Assembly: GCA_040390855.1 (NCBI GenBank) | Contig: JAZJXO010000031.1 | Span: 39,088-71,087, forward strand | Source of the DNA: Pseudomonadota bacterium | GTDB lineage: Bacteria > Pseudomonadota > Alphaproteobacteria > Parvibaculales > Parvibaculaceae | Length of the DNA stretch: 32,000 nucleotides | Direction: 5' to 3' | Shown here: positions 1-8,752 of the stretch, in pieces | How positions within the stretch are numbered: the first letter of the stretch is position 1 | Layout: every line of letters begins with the position of its first letter | Notes under the pieces: generated by a model | Told to the model about the DNA's origin: nothing | What the model saw: the letters and a program-made list of their open reading frames with translations, nothing else | Databases searched by the model: none | Position numbers and translations under genes: made by a program

Positions 1-1
1 C

Positions 2-1075
2 AATGCTGTTGCCCCTCTGGGCACTGCGCTCACCGAAGACCAGATCGGCCTCATGTGGCGGCTCGCGCCCGAGCCCATCCTGTGCTTTGACGGCGACCGC
101 GCGGGGCTCAAGGCCGCGTTCCGTGCTGTCGAGCGCGTGCTGCCTCTCCTCAAGCCCGGCCACTCGCTCCGCTTTGCCTTGCTGCCCGACGGCAAGGATC
201 CGGACGACCTCGTGCGCGAGCAGGGTGGCGAGGCGATGCAGGAGGTGCTCAAGGCCGCGCGTCCTCTTGCCGACATGGTCTGGGAAAAAGAATTTCAGGC
301 GGGTACATGGGACACGCCGGAGCGCCGCGCCGCGCTGGAAGCCCGTATCGAAGAGGTGATCGGTCAGATCGCCGACCCCAAGGTGAAGGGCTATTATGCG
401 CAGGACCTGCGCGGGCGGATCGCGCGGATTTTCGGGCCGAAACAGGGCGCGCGCGGCACTTTCCGGCAGGGTGGCGGCCATAATCTCCGTAAAACCCCGT
501 GGAAACCGGGCCAGCGCTTCGACCCTCGCCTCCAGCCCGTGACGCCGGAACTGCGCAATTCGGCGCTCGCCCGCAACGACAAGGGCGGGGGCCAGCGGAC
601 GGAGGAGGGCATCCTCGCTGTACTCCTCAACCATCCCGAACTGCTTGAGACCCATTGCGAGGCGCTTTCGCGGGCCGAGATCAGAACCGCGACACTTGAC
701 AAATTGCGCAATGAAATCATAGATATAGCAGCGCTTCACGCGCCTCTTGAAAGAGAGGTGCTGATGAACCATTTGGTTTCAAGGGATTTGGCGGATATAG
801 CAACGCAGCTTGTCTCGCGGGTAGCATCTCGAATGGGCACCTTCGCGCGGGCGGATGCGTCTCAGGATGAGGCCGAAGCAGGTTTTCTCCGGTTGTTGTC
901 CGGCCACCGGAGAAGCATGACACTGGAGGCGGAATTTCGGGCGGCCGAGCGTGCGCTCGCTGCCGAGATGAACGATGAAAACTGGGCGCGGCTGCAGGCC
1001 ATTCACAAGCAACTGCAGAACGAGCGACCGGAACTGGGTGAAGACGTGTCGGAACCTGTGTCCGGCATGAGGTAA
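2..1075 (+). CDS. dnaG: DNA primase DnaG, C-terminal ~358 codons (5' end lies left of the window)
   Basis: Frame 2 is open from base 2 (NAVAPLGTALTEDQIGLMW precedes the ORF-track Met at 53). Toprim-type motifs ILCFDGDRAG and LPDGKDPDD are present, followed by a helical C-terminal region. The gene sits directly upstream of rpoD, as in the conserved dnaG-rpoD arrangement. Confidence 0.9.
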   Translation, partial: NAVAPLGTALTEDQIGLMWRLAPEPILCFDGDRAGLKAAFRAVERVLPLLKPGHSLRFALLPDGKDPDDLVREQGGEAMQEVLKAARPLADMVWEKEFQAGTWDTPERRAALEARIEEVIGQIADPKVKGYYAQDLRGRIARIFGPKQGARGTFRQGGGHNLRKTPWKPGQRFDPRLQPVTPELRNSALARNDKGGGQRTEEGILAVLLNHPELLETHCEALSRAEIRTATLDKLRNEIIDIAALHAPLEREVLMNHLVSRDLADIATQLVSRVASRMGTFARADASQDEAEAGFLRLLSGHRRSMTLEAEFRAAERALAAEMNDENWARLQAIHKQLQNERPELGEDVSEPVSGMR

Positions 1076-1281
1076 TAGGGTTCAAGGGGACTTGAGCACG
1101 ACGGAATATGAAGGAGCCGCGGGGCGGCGGTCGGTTTTTTAGCCGAACGCCGACGCGGGTTTGTGCGTTTGTGATTGGGTAATTGTTTTCGCCCAAAACA
1201 CATATCGGCCCAAACACATATCGGAATAACGGCCTGCACATCTTATGTGTGGGGACCAGTGACAAGACGGAGTGCCACTCT

Positions 1282-3261
1282 ATGGCGACAAAGACCGCAG
1301 AACAGACAGAAGCCCCGGAAGCGGCCCCGGAGGCCACAACCGATAGTCCGCTTCTCGACATGTCGGATGCTGCGGTCAAGAAGATGATCAAGGCTGCCAA
1401 GGCGCGCGGCTTTGTCACTTACGATGAACTGAACAAGGTTCTCCCGTCCGAAGAGTTTTCGTCTGAACAGATCGAAGACACGCTGTCGATGCTTTCCGAA
1501 ATGGGCATCAACGTCGTCGAGAACGACGAGGCCGAAGACGGAGCCGAGGGCGAGGCGGAAGAAAAAGAAACCGACGACGATGATGATGAAGACGCGCCGC
1601 GCTCCAAGGCCGTCGCCGTCACCGGTCAGTCGTCCACCGCGCTTGACCGCACCGACGATCCCGTACGCATGTATCTGCGCGAAATGGGTTCGGTCGAGTT
1701 GCTCTCGCGCGAAGGCGAAATCGCCATTGCCAAGCGCATCGAGGCCGGACGCGAAACAATGATCTCCGGCCTTTGCGAAAGCCCGCTGACGTTTCAGGCC
1801 ATCATCATCTGGCGCGACGAGTTGAACGAAGGCAAGATCCTTCTGCGTGACATCATCGACCTGGACGCGACCTTTGCCGGTCCCGACGCCAAGAAGATCG
1901 ACCATTCACAGGCCGCCTTGAACGGCGAAGCACCGCCGCGCATCGAGCCCGAAGAAGAAGAAGTCGATGACGACGGCGAAGACAGCGACAATTCCATGTC
2001 GCTTGCCGCGATGGAAGCCGAGCTGAAACCCAAGGTTCTGGAATCTTTCGACCGCATCGCCAATGACTATAAAAAACTGCGAAAGCTGCAAGACAGCAAG
2101 GTCGAGGCCGCGCTCAAAGGCGAAGACGCCGCCGGTGGCAATGACAAGAAATTTGCCAAGCTCACGGCGGACCTCATCGAAGAAGTGAAAAGCCTCTCGC
2201 TCAACAACAACCGCATCGAGAGCCTTGTCGAACAGCTTTACGCGATCTCGAAACGCCTCATGGGCCTCGAAGGTCGTCTGCTGCGCATCGGCGAAAGCCA
2301 CGGCATCCCGCGCGACGAGTTCTTGAAGCAATACTATGGCGAAGAGCTGGACCCCAACTGGATGCGCCGCGTCTCGCGCCTCAAGGGCAAGGGCTGGGCG
2401 AGCTTCACGAAGGACGCGCGCGATCAGGTCAAAGACCTGCGCATCCAGATCCAGACGCTCGCTGCTGAAACCGGCCTCGACATCGGCGAATACCGCCGCA
2501 TCGTCTCCGGCGTGCAGAAGGGCGAACGCGAAGCGCGCATCGCCAAAAAGGAAATGGTCGAAGCGAACCTCCGCCTCGTCATCTCGATTGCCAAGAAATA
2601 TACAAACCGTGGCCTGCAATTCCTCGATCTCATTCAGGAAGGCAATATCGGTCTGATGAAAGCGGTCGACAAATTCGAATATCGTCGCGGTTATAAGTTC
2701 AGCACCTACGCGACATGGTGGATCCGTCAGGCCATCACGCGTTCGATTGCCGATCAGGCGCGCACGATCCGCATTCCCGTGCACATGATCGAAACGATCA
2801 ACAAGCTGGTGCGCACGTCGCGCCAGATGCTGCATGAAATCGGCCGCGAGCCGACGCCGGAAGAGCTCGCCGAAAAACTCGGCATGCCATTGGAGAAGGT
2901 TCGCAAGGTCCTGAAAATCGCCAAAGAGCCGATCAGCCTTGAGACGCCCATCGGCGACGAAGAAGACAGCCATCTCGGCGACTTCATCGAGGACAAAAAC
3001 GCGATCCTGCCGATCGACGCCGCGATCCAGTCGAACCTGCGCGAAACAACCACGCGCGTTTTGGCCTCGCTCACGCCGCGCGAAGAACGTGTGCTGCGCA
3101 TGCGCTTCGGCATCGGCATGAACACGGATCACACGCTCGAAGAAGTCGGCCAGCAGTTCTCGGTCACACGCGAACGTATCCGCCAGATTGAGGCGAAGGC
3201 GCTGCGCAAGCTGAAGCACCCGTCGCGGAGCCGCAAACTGCGCTCGTTCTTAGACAATTGA
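1282..3261 (+). CDS. rpoD: Primary sigma factor RpoD (sigma-70), 659 aa
   Basis: ATG at 1282 ([10 protein letters not shown]). An acidic region 1.1 and linker (DDDDDED) are present. Region 2 reads [39 protein letters not shown], and region 4.2 reads [26 protein letters not shown]. The TTG at 1183 in the ORF track is probably not the real start. Confidence 0.97.
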   Translation: MATKTAEQTEAPEAAPEATTDSPLLDMSDAAVKKMIKAAKARGFVTYDELNKVLPSEEFSSEQIEDTLSMLSEMGINVVENDEAEDGAEGEAEEKETDDDDDEDAPRSKAVAVTGQSSTALDRTDDPVRMYLREMGSVELLSREGEIAIAKRIEAGRETMISGLCESPLTFQAIIIWRDELNEGKILLRDIIDLDATFAGPDAKKIDHSQAALNGEAPPRIEPEEEEVDDDGEDSDNSMSLAAMEAELKPKVLESFDRIANDYKKLRKLQDSKVEAALKGEDAAGGNDKKFAKLTADLIEEVKSLSLNNNRIESLVEQLYAISKRLMGLEGRLLRIGESHGIPRDEFLKQYYGEELDPNWMRRVSRLKGKGWASFTKDARDQVKDLRIQIQTLAAETGLDIGEYRRIVSGVQKGEREARIAKKEMVEANLRLVISIAKKYTNRGLQFLDLIQEGNIGLMKAVDKFEYRRGYKFSTYATWWIRQAITRSIADQARTIRIPVHMIETINKLVRTSRQMLHEIGREPTPEELAEKLGMPLEKVRKVLKIAKEPISLETPIGDEEDSHLGDFIEDKNAILPIDAAIQSNLRETTTRVLASLTPREERVLRMRFGIGMNTDHTLEEVGQQFSVTRERIRQIEAKALRKLKHPSRSRKLRSFLDN

Positions 3262-3281
3262 TCGAGACCGCATAGAAAACA

Positions 3282-3314
3282 AAAAGCCCGGATCAAACGA
3301 TCCGGGCTTTTCTT
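3282..3314 (+). terminator. Rho-independent terminator of rpoD
   Basis: Perfect stem AAAGCCCGGATC / GATCCGGGCTTT with loop AAAC, followed by a T-rich run (TTCTTT). It lies about 20 nt after the rpoD stop. Confidence 0.8.
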
Positions 3315-3480
3315 TACAAAATCCTCTCCTCTCTGGGTGAGGGTCTTTCTATCTCCTGTCATTGTGAGGAGCGCAGCGACGCGGCAATCCATTCTGCCTC
3401 GGCAGGCCTCTTGGAGCTCGGGTGTTTGCTGTTCATATCCAGTCCTCCGTCACTGCGACGAGAACTAAATACTCCTTAAG

Positions 3481-4035
3481 CTACAACCTCAAATCTGCGC
3501 CATAGGCCCTGACGGCGAACAGAAGGGCAAGTTCAAGTTCATCAGTTAGAAGTAGGGACTTATCGGCGCAGTTCATTAGGTCGCGAACTAGCTTTAGAAC
3601 GCACAATTCGCCCAAGCTAAAATTGCGTTCGGAATAGTACTTCGCATTAGGTGGTGGACTGGCTTGCATAACAAACGCAGAATTACCTGCATCAGCTTTC
3701 AGGTTTATTCGTCGCAGATTGTCGAATTTTTTTGTACCTAGAATACGGTTTGCTCCGTCCTTTATTTCGGGTGAAACTTGAGCAACTTTCTGAACTTTGA
3801 AATCCTCCGGACGCGGAGTTATTCGATCGGCAGTCGCTCCGATATAGAGCACGCTTGGATATCCAAAGGTCGCTAGGTCATGTTGACAAACTTCTGATCC
3901 AGAGGCGAGCGCTGTTTCAATCAAAGACGTGCGGCGGTCCTGGCGTGCCGGTATGGTGTCGCCGCGTCGTTTCGCGGTGGCCAAAATCACACGTGGATAA
4001 ACTTCCTCGCTCCCCATCCCAAAAGCCACGGGCAT
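3481..4035 (-). CDS. Hypothetical protein (184 aa from ATG 4035; ORF-track TTG start at 4065)
   Basis: Long ORF in a visibly AT-richer stretch. I recognise no motif. The start is uncertain. It is in the same frame as the upstream 78-codon ORF and separated from it by one TAA. Confidence 0.45.
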   Translation of the reverse strand: MPVAFGMGSEEVYPRVILATAKRRGDTIPARQDRRTSLIETALASGSEVCQHDLATFGYPSVLYIGATADRITPRPEDFKVQKVAQVSPEIKDGANRILGTKKFDNLRRINLKADAGNSAFVMQASPPPNAKYYSERNFSLGELCVLKLVRDLMNCADKSLLLTDELELALLFAVRAYGADLRL

Positions 4036-4077
4036 AAGTTTCTTTCGCGGCCCCCAGCCCCTCAAACTGGGGACAAC

Positions 4078-4314
4078 TTACCCATCCCCATTCCGCGTCC
4101 AAGAAATACTCCCCTGAGTATTTCTCGCGTTTCGCGCAGGCTCGAGTTTACGCACGATCTCGACATGGAAAGGCTCGATCTCTTGCAAGAAATGCACGTG
4201 TTTCGAGGTGGTGGCGAGCCTCGCAGCCCGCGCGAATGCGGCTTTATCCCCGTTTCTTAACAATTTGAACATTTCCGTTACGGAGGTCTTAAACCTCCTT
4301 CTGGCATCCTCCAC
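4078..4314 (-). CDS. Hypothetical small protein (78 aa), or the N-terminal part of a nonsense-interrupted gene
   Basis: The ORF sits directly upstream of, and in frame with, 3481-4065. The single stop is TAA at 4078-4080. No recognisable domain. Confidence 0.35.
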   Translation of the reverse strand: MEDARRRFKTSVTEMFKLLRNGDKAAFARAARLATTSKHVHFLQEIEPFHVEIVRKLEPARNARNTQGSISWTRNGDG

Positions 4315-4349
4315 AGGTCAGAATCGGGTGCCCCGTCGGGGGCTCAGGG

Positions 4350-4364
4350 GATCCTTGCAGGATC
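4350..4364. promoter_or_regulatory. Candidate operator: inverted repeat GATCCT-TGC-AGGATC just upstream of the parA-like gene
   Basis: 6-bp perfect arms with a 3-bp spacer, about 20 nt before the ParA-like start. ParA/RHH cassettes are typically autoregulated at such dyads. Confidence 0.3.
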
Positions 4365-4385
4365 AAATTTTGGAGCATGGGCGGG

Positions 4386-5489
4386 ATGCAGATCGTCGTA
4401 TTGGCATCGCAAAAAGGCGGGTCGGGCAAGACCACTTTGTCGGGTCACCTGGCCGTCGAAGCCGAGCGCAAGGGCTTTGGTCCCGTCGTGTTGATTGACA
4501 CCGATCCGCAAGGCTCCCTGTCGGATTGGTGGAACGCGCGCGTCTCAGAGACGCCTGCGTTCGCGCGGGTGGCGATTGATGATCTTGCGGAGTGTCTCGT
4601 CCGTTTGGAAGAGATGGGCGTGAAGCTCGCGGTTATCGACACGCCGCCCGCGATCACGCAATCCATCGCGAGTGTTGTCGCACATGCCGATCTCGTGTTG
4701 ATACCGGCGCGCCCCAGCCCGCACGATCTGCGTGCGGTCGGTGCGACCATCGACATCGTTGAGCATTTCGGCAAGCCGTTGATCTTCGTCATCAATGCGG
4801 CAACGGCTCGCGCCAAGATCACAGGCGAGAGTGCGGTAGCCTTGTCGCAGCATGGCACCGTTGCGCCCGTAACTTTGCATCATCGCGTGGACTTTGCCGC
4901 CTCGATGGTTGATGGAAAAACCATCGGTGAAATCGACGCCAAATCGAAATCGGCGAAAGAGGTTTCGGACCTCTGGTCTTATGTGGAGGGACGTCTCGCG
5001 CGGCTTGCCGGTGCGCAGGCTCCGCGTGCCCGGACCAATCTCGATGTGTTGTCGCCGCTCGGTGCTGTCGAAAAATCCGAAACAGTGATGCCGGTGATCG
5101 CGCCGCCGCCCGTTCCGGAATCTCCTGTCGTGATGGCGGCACCGGAGATTGATTTCGAAGATGATGTGCCGGTGGATGACGTGCCCATTGAAGATGTGAT
5201 GGACGCGATCCGCGACGGAGTGTCGGTGGGGTTTGCATTTGATCAAGCGAAAGTTCTGGCTGAAATGCGGGCGGCCACGCCCGCGCCGGTGCCCGCATGG
5301 ACACCGCCGCCGCCTCCGCAACCACAACCACAACCACAACCACAACCTTTTACGCCGCCGCCGCGTCCGCCTTTGTCTTCGTCGTCTTCGGCTGCGGTCG
5401 GAGCGGGTGAAAAAGAACTGCTACATAAGCGTTTTAGCGTGTTTGGTCGTCGCAGGTCCGAGGGGCAGGCTCAGGAGAAGTTCAGATGA
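4386..5489 (+). CDS. ParA/MinD-family (ParF-like) P-loop ATPase with a ~150-aa proline-rich C-terminal extension
   Basis: Deviant Walker A in MQIVVLASQKGGSGKTT, then LIDTDPQGS, VIDTPP and DLVLIPARPSPHDL. The ATG at 4386 has GGAG about 10 nt upstream; the ORF-track start at 4377 is the alternative. The C-terminal tail is Pro/acidic-rich with (PQ)5. Confidence 0.85.
   Translation: MQIVVLASQKGGSGKTTLSGHLAVEAERKGFGPVVLIDTDPQGSLSDWWNARVSETPAFARVAIDDLAECLVRLEEMGVKLAVIDTPPAITQSIASVVAHADLVLIPARPSPHDLRAVGATIDIVEHFGKPLIFVINAATARAKITGESAVALSQHGTVAPVTLHHRVDFAASMVDGKTIGEIDAKSKSAKEVSDLWSYVEGRLARLAGAQAPRARTNLDVLSPLGAVEKSETVMPVIAPPPVPESPVVMAAPEIDFEDDVPVDDVPIEDVMDAIRDGVSVGFAFDQAKVLAEMRAATPAPVPAWTPPPPPQPQPQPQPQPFTPPPRPPLSSSSSAAVGAGEKELLHKRFSVFGRRRSEGQAQEKFR
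5316..5345 (+). repeat. In-frame hexanucleotide tandem repeat (CCRCAA x5) encoding (PQ)5 inside the parA-like gene
   Basis: ccgcaa ccacaa ccacaa ccacaa ccacaa read directly, flanked by poly-Pro codons. Confidence 0.9.
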
Positions 5490-5857
5490 GCCAGACAAAA
5501 TTTGCGTCCGTCACGAGTGCGCTTCTGTCACGCAAGGGTGAGGCGGGACCGTCGGCGGATCGTCAGTCGCTGAATGAACGGTGGAGTCCCGCGCCGCAAG
5601 TCAGGCGTATCGAGGTGACGATGCCCGCCGCCGCAGACATTGCGCCGGTCGGCGAGGCGTCCGTGAAAATCGCGTTGCGTCTCACCGAGGGGCAGCATTT
5701 CCGGATGCGCGTCGCCGCTGCGCAGTTGAAGATGACGCGGCAGGCGTTGATCTCGGCGGCACTCGATCATTATCTCAAGACCGTCTGCGCCGCCGGTGTG
5801 CCTCAGTGCCGTTGCCTTGCCGGTGACGGCAAGAGCGAAGGTTGCGAAGGCTGCTGA
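5486..5857 (+). CDS. Ribbon-helix-helix (CopG/ParG-like) DNA-binding protein, candidate partner of the ParA-like ATPase
   Basis: The start overlaps the parA-like stop (ATGA at 5486-5489). The C-terminal segment VKIALRLTEGQHFRMRVAAAQLKMTRQALISAALDHYL has the beta-strand/helix/helix pattern of RHH proteins. The N-terminus looks disordered. Confidence 0.6.
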   Translation: MSQTKFASVTSALLSRKGEAGPSADRQSLNERWSPAPQVRRIEVTMPAAADIAPVGEASVKIALRLTEGQHFRMRVAAAQLKMTRQALISAALDHYLKTVCAAGVPQCRCLAGDGKSEGCEGC

Positions 5858-5860
5858 TCC

Positions 5861-6634
5861 TTACTCGATCGCAATCGTTAGCGATACGCTGGCCGAGACC
5901 TGCTGCGTGCCTGCTGCTACAGGGACCGCGCCGCCATCGCTCATAGCCATGGCGGTTTTCATATACATCGGTTGCTGATAGGTGCTGTTTTCTGAAATGT
6001 TCAGCACGGCTCCGAGCGCGACGCCGGACGCCTGCGCGTAGAGCTTGGCTTTGCGCAGTGCGTCCATGACGGCGGCTTCACGCGCCTTGTCGAGAAGCGG
6101 CGTGGGCTTTTCGATTTCAAAGCGCACACCATCGACACGATTGGAACCCAGCGTCACCAGCTTGTCGAGCACGGCACCCAGCGTGTCGAGTTTGCGGATG
6201 GTCACGGTGACCTGATTGGTCACCTGATAGCCCCGAATGGTCGGGTTTTCCTGTGTGCCGTCGGGGCGTGGGGCCGGTTGCGTGTAGAGTGGGCTCACGG
6301 AGAATTGCGACGTGCGGATGTCTTCTTTCGCGATCTGCATTTGGCTGAGGCCGGCGAAAAGCGCATTCATGGTTTTGCTATTGGCGACCAGCGCTTCGGC
6401 GGCCGTCTTGCCTTCGCTCACCGCGCCGCTGTCGAGATAGGCGATGTCGGGCGCGGCGCTGACGTCGCCCGTGCCGGTGATGGTCATGGAGCGCTTGGGC
6501 GCTGTCGCGTCTTCCGCATAGGCCGCGCGTGTCATTACCGGAGAGAGAAGGGTGCCGACGACGAGGCCAAAGGCAAGTGACAAAGCAAGCGGTGACGCAA
6601 CTGACCGGAATTTTTTGGAATATGTGGAGGACAT
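5861..6634 (-). CDS. SIMPL-domain (DUF541, BP26/Omp28-like) periplasmic protein
   Basis: Signal peptide (ALSLAFGLVVGTLLSPVMTRAAYA). Family-typical segments include MTITGTGDVSAAPDIAYLDSGAV, VSPLYT and YQVTNQVTVTIRKLD. Confidence 0.85.
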   Translation of the reverse strand: MSSTYSKKFRSVASPLALSLAFGLVVGTLLSPVMTRAAYAEDATAPKRSMTITGTGDVSAAPDIAYLDSGAVSEGKTAAEALVANSKTMNALFAGLSQMQIAKEDIRTSQFSVSPLYTQPAPRPDGTQENPTIRGYQVTNQVTVTIRKLDTLGAVLDKLVTLGSNRVDGVRFEIEKPTPLLDKAREAAVMDALRKAKLYAQASGVALGAVLNISENSTYQQPMYMKTAMAMSDGGAVPVAAGTQQVSASVSLTIAIE

Positions 6635-6824
6635 GATGTCCGTTCTCCTGTTGCCTTAGCCGGGATCCGACGTACCTTGAAGCCTAGCATCATGGTGGAT
6701 TTGGACTAAATTGCGGCCAGTTTTTTGAATGCTGCGCTATTTTCAAATTCGTGCTTTTGGAGCATGTAGCAAATCTGTTATAGGGCATCTGTCCGGCGCG
6801 ATTTGCCCGCCGGGTCGGCGTCGG

Positions 6825-6901
6825 GGGCCTGTAGCTCAGTTGGTTAGAGCGGACCGCTCATAACGGTTTGGTCGCAGGTTCGAGTCCTGCCGGGCCCACC
6901 A
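6825..6901 (+). tRNA. tRNA with CAU anticodon, 77 nt, CCA encoded. Not an initiator. It resembles tRNA-Ile2 (lysidine type), but elongator tRNA-Met cannot be excluded.
   Basis: Hand-folded cloverleaf: acceptor GGGCCTG/CGGGCCC, D arm GCTC-AGTTGGTTA-GAGC, anticodon arm GACCG-CTCATAA-CGGTT, T arm GCAGG-TTCGAGT-CCTGC. The G1-C72 pair argues against an initiator. The variable and T region TTGGTCGCAGGTTCGAGTCC is close to E. coli ileX as I recall it. Confidence 0.9.
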
Positions 6902-7171
6902 CGCGTATCTTGCGAACCGGACGATTTTCGCAGGTCGAAAAAAGTGGCGGCGTGTCCGACGGTTAGCTGTGCAGACGTGCAAAATTGCAGTCTCAGAGAC
7001 CGTGTGCAGACGTTCAATAGGTGCATTTGCGGCCCGTGTCTCTGGTCGCTCCAAACCGTTTCCCGGAACTATTACTGCACGCGAACAGAGACGGGTTTGC
7101 AGTCCGTATGACAGCGGATCGAACCGTGCAGTCCATATCTTATTGAGTCTCTAGCGCGCGCTGAAGGGCCT

Positions 7172-8752
7172 CTAAGCTCTCGCCGGCAACCCAAGCTTCT
7201 CGCGCTGCATCACCCAGCTTGAGGGTAAGTCGGTGAGACGGGTGACGCCAATTCCGCGAGGCAGAGTACCTGCGACGGCTGCCTCGACAATATCGGGAGC
7301 GAGGAAGGCGAGAGAGAGCATCATGTGAACGGATCGTCTGCTGCGTCCCTCGCGTTTGGCGATGGCATCTGCATCAGGGATATCGCCGGACGCAAGCTCA
7401 TTGAGCCATGATCTTCCCTTTGAGATGGCTAGCACCAGTGTCGCTCTTGTTTCTGAACGGATCGGCCGTTGATCTACTCTGTCGGGGGCGATGATCTCTC
7501 GCCTTACGCGCGTTGGTTTGCGCGACCAGGGAAGCGTGATCATCTTGTGACCTGCGGATTCAGCGGCTTCATCAGTTAACCTGATCGTGACCTCGCCTTT
7601 GGCAATGATCACTTGATCGACGATTTGTTTGATGTGAAGCGGCGCGTCGCTCGGTTGGTCTGGAGAGATGACCTGTTCGAGTGACTGCAGAGCATTACTG
7701 ACAAGCGTTTCGATCTCCCGGGCCGACACCCGGGCGACAGAACCCGCGTTATCCTTGCGGCCTTCCGTGAGAGCTCTACTGACATAGTAGCGATACCTAA
7801 CGCCGCCTTTGTTGGAGTAGGACGGTGTCATAGTGTTGCCCCGATCATCGACGAGCCTCCCCAGCAGAAGTGCTTCGGACGCTGATCGCGTGGCGCGATG
7901 GACTTGCAAGTTTTTGGCAAGCATTGCTTGGACCTCCTCGAACAGGGTTGGATCGATGATCGGCTGATGCTCGCCGGGGTAGCTCATGCCTTTGTGGTTG
8001 ATCTCGCCAATATATGTGCGGTTCTTGAGGAGGTGAGCCAAGGGTCCTTTCGTAAAAGGAATGTCGCCGATTGTCTGACCTGTTGCGAGAGCCCGTCTTC
8101 GTGTTCTGACACCACGATCATGGAGTTCTGCGAGAAGCGGAAGCATGGAGCCGAGAGCGAGATAGCGTTCAAAGATCATGCGAACGGTCTCAGCCTCGGC
8201 TTCATCAATCAGCAGTCTTTTGTCTTCGACCCGGTATCCAAGTGGTACAACGCCTCCAACCCAGATGCCCTTCTTCTTGGAAGCCGAGATTTTGTCGCGG
8301 ATGCGCTCACCGGTAACTTCACGCTCGAACTGGGCGAAGGAGAGAAGGACGTTGAGCGTGAGCCGTCCCATGCTTGAGGTGGTATTGAAAGCTTGGGTGA
8401 CGGAGACAAACGAGACCCCTTGAGCATCGAAGAGCTCGACGAGCTTGGCAAAGTCAGCAAGCGAGCGAGTGAGACGGTCGACCTTGTAGACGACCACCAC
8501 ATCGACGAGGCCTGAACGGATATCATCCAGAAGCCGGAGTAGGGCAGGTCGCTCCATCGACCCACCCGAGAACCCACCATCGTCATAGGCGGCCTGTATG
8601 AGCCGCCAGCCTTCATGGGACTGGCTTTTTATGAAAGCTTCTGCTGCCTCCCTCTGGGCATCCAGTGAGTTGAAGTCCTGCTCAAGCCCGTGGTCAGTGG
8701 AGACGCGGGTGTAGATGGCACAGCGGCGCGTTTTGACAAGGGGTTGCCTCAT
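7172..8752 (-). CDS. Large serine recombinase (resolvase/invertase N-terminal domain plus recombinase domain), 526 aa
   Basis: CAIYTRVSTDHGLEQDFNSLDAQ carries the catalytic Ser region. VVVYKVDRLTRSLADF, FAQFEREVTGERIRDK and VPLGYR are also present. Confidence 0.92.
   Translation of the reverse strand: MRQPLVKTRRCAIYTRVSTDHGLEQDFNSLDAQREAAEAFIKSQSHEGWRLIQAAYDDGGFSGGSMERPALLRLLDDIRSGLVDVVVVYKVDRLTRSLADFAKLVELFDAQGVSFVSVTQAFNTTSSMGRLTLNVLLSFAQFEREVTGERIRDKISASKKKGIWVGGVVPLGYRVEDKRLLIDEAEAETVRMIFERYLALGSMLPLLAELHDRGVRTRRRALATGQTIGDIPFTKGPLAHLLKNRTYIGEINHKGMSYPGEHQPIIDPTLFEEVQAMLAKNLQVHRATRSASEALLLGRLVDDRGNTMTPSYSNKGGVRYRYYVSRALTEGRKDNAGSVARVSAREIETLVSNALQSLEQVISPDQPSDAPLHIKQIVDQVIIAKGEVTIRLTDEAAESAGHKMITLPWSRKPTRVRREIIAPDRVDQRPIRSETRATLVLAISKGRSWLNELASGDIPDADAIAKREGRSRRSVHMMLSLAFLAPDIVEAAVAGTLPRGIGVTRLTDLPSSWVMQREKLGLPARA

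Noticed and set aside
1125-1152. Hairpin CGGCGGTCGG-TTTTTTAG-CCGAACGCCG between dnaG and rpoD, considered as a dnaG terminator.
   Set aside because: The T-run sits in the loop, not after the stem, and the stem has a mismatch. dnaG and rpoD are usually co-transcribed. This is not enough to call a terminator.
1906-3219. 437-codon ORF antisense to rpoD. Similar long antisense ORFs lie opposite the parA-like gene (4545-5345), the LmuA-like gene (13965-14618), the ParB-methyltransferase gene (17467-18756) and copA (25297-26733).
   Set aside because: They overlap genes with unmistakable motifs. Their translations are Arg/Ala/Asp-rich and low in complexity, which is typical of stop-poor antisense frames in GC-rich DNA.
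3358-3462. GTCATTGTGAGGAGCGCAGCGACGCGGCAATCCAT and a related GTCACTGCGACGAG downstream of the rpoD terminator. They resemble a short dispersed intergenic repeat I recall from alpha- and betaproteobacterial genomes, the one that gives spurious 'LDCFVA.LLAMT' peptides (compare the 87-aa ORF 3129-3392, MDCRVAALLTMT).
   Set aside because: The recognition is from memory only. With one window, dispersal cannot be shown, so it is not reported as a feature.
6909-6917. The 9-mer CTTGCGAAC is shared between the tRNA-proximal junction and 19054-19062, considered as attL/attR direct repeats.
   Set aside because: A 9-bp match is within chance expectation for a 32-kb window searched on both strands, and serine recombinases leave only about a 2-bp identity. 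It is kept only as a weak lead inside another finding.
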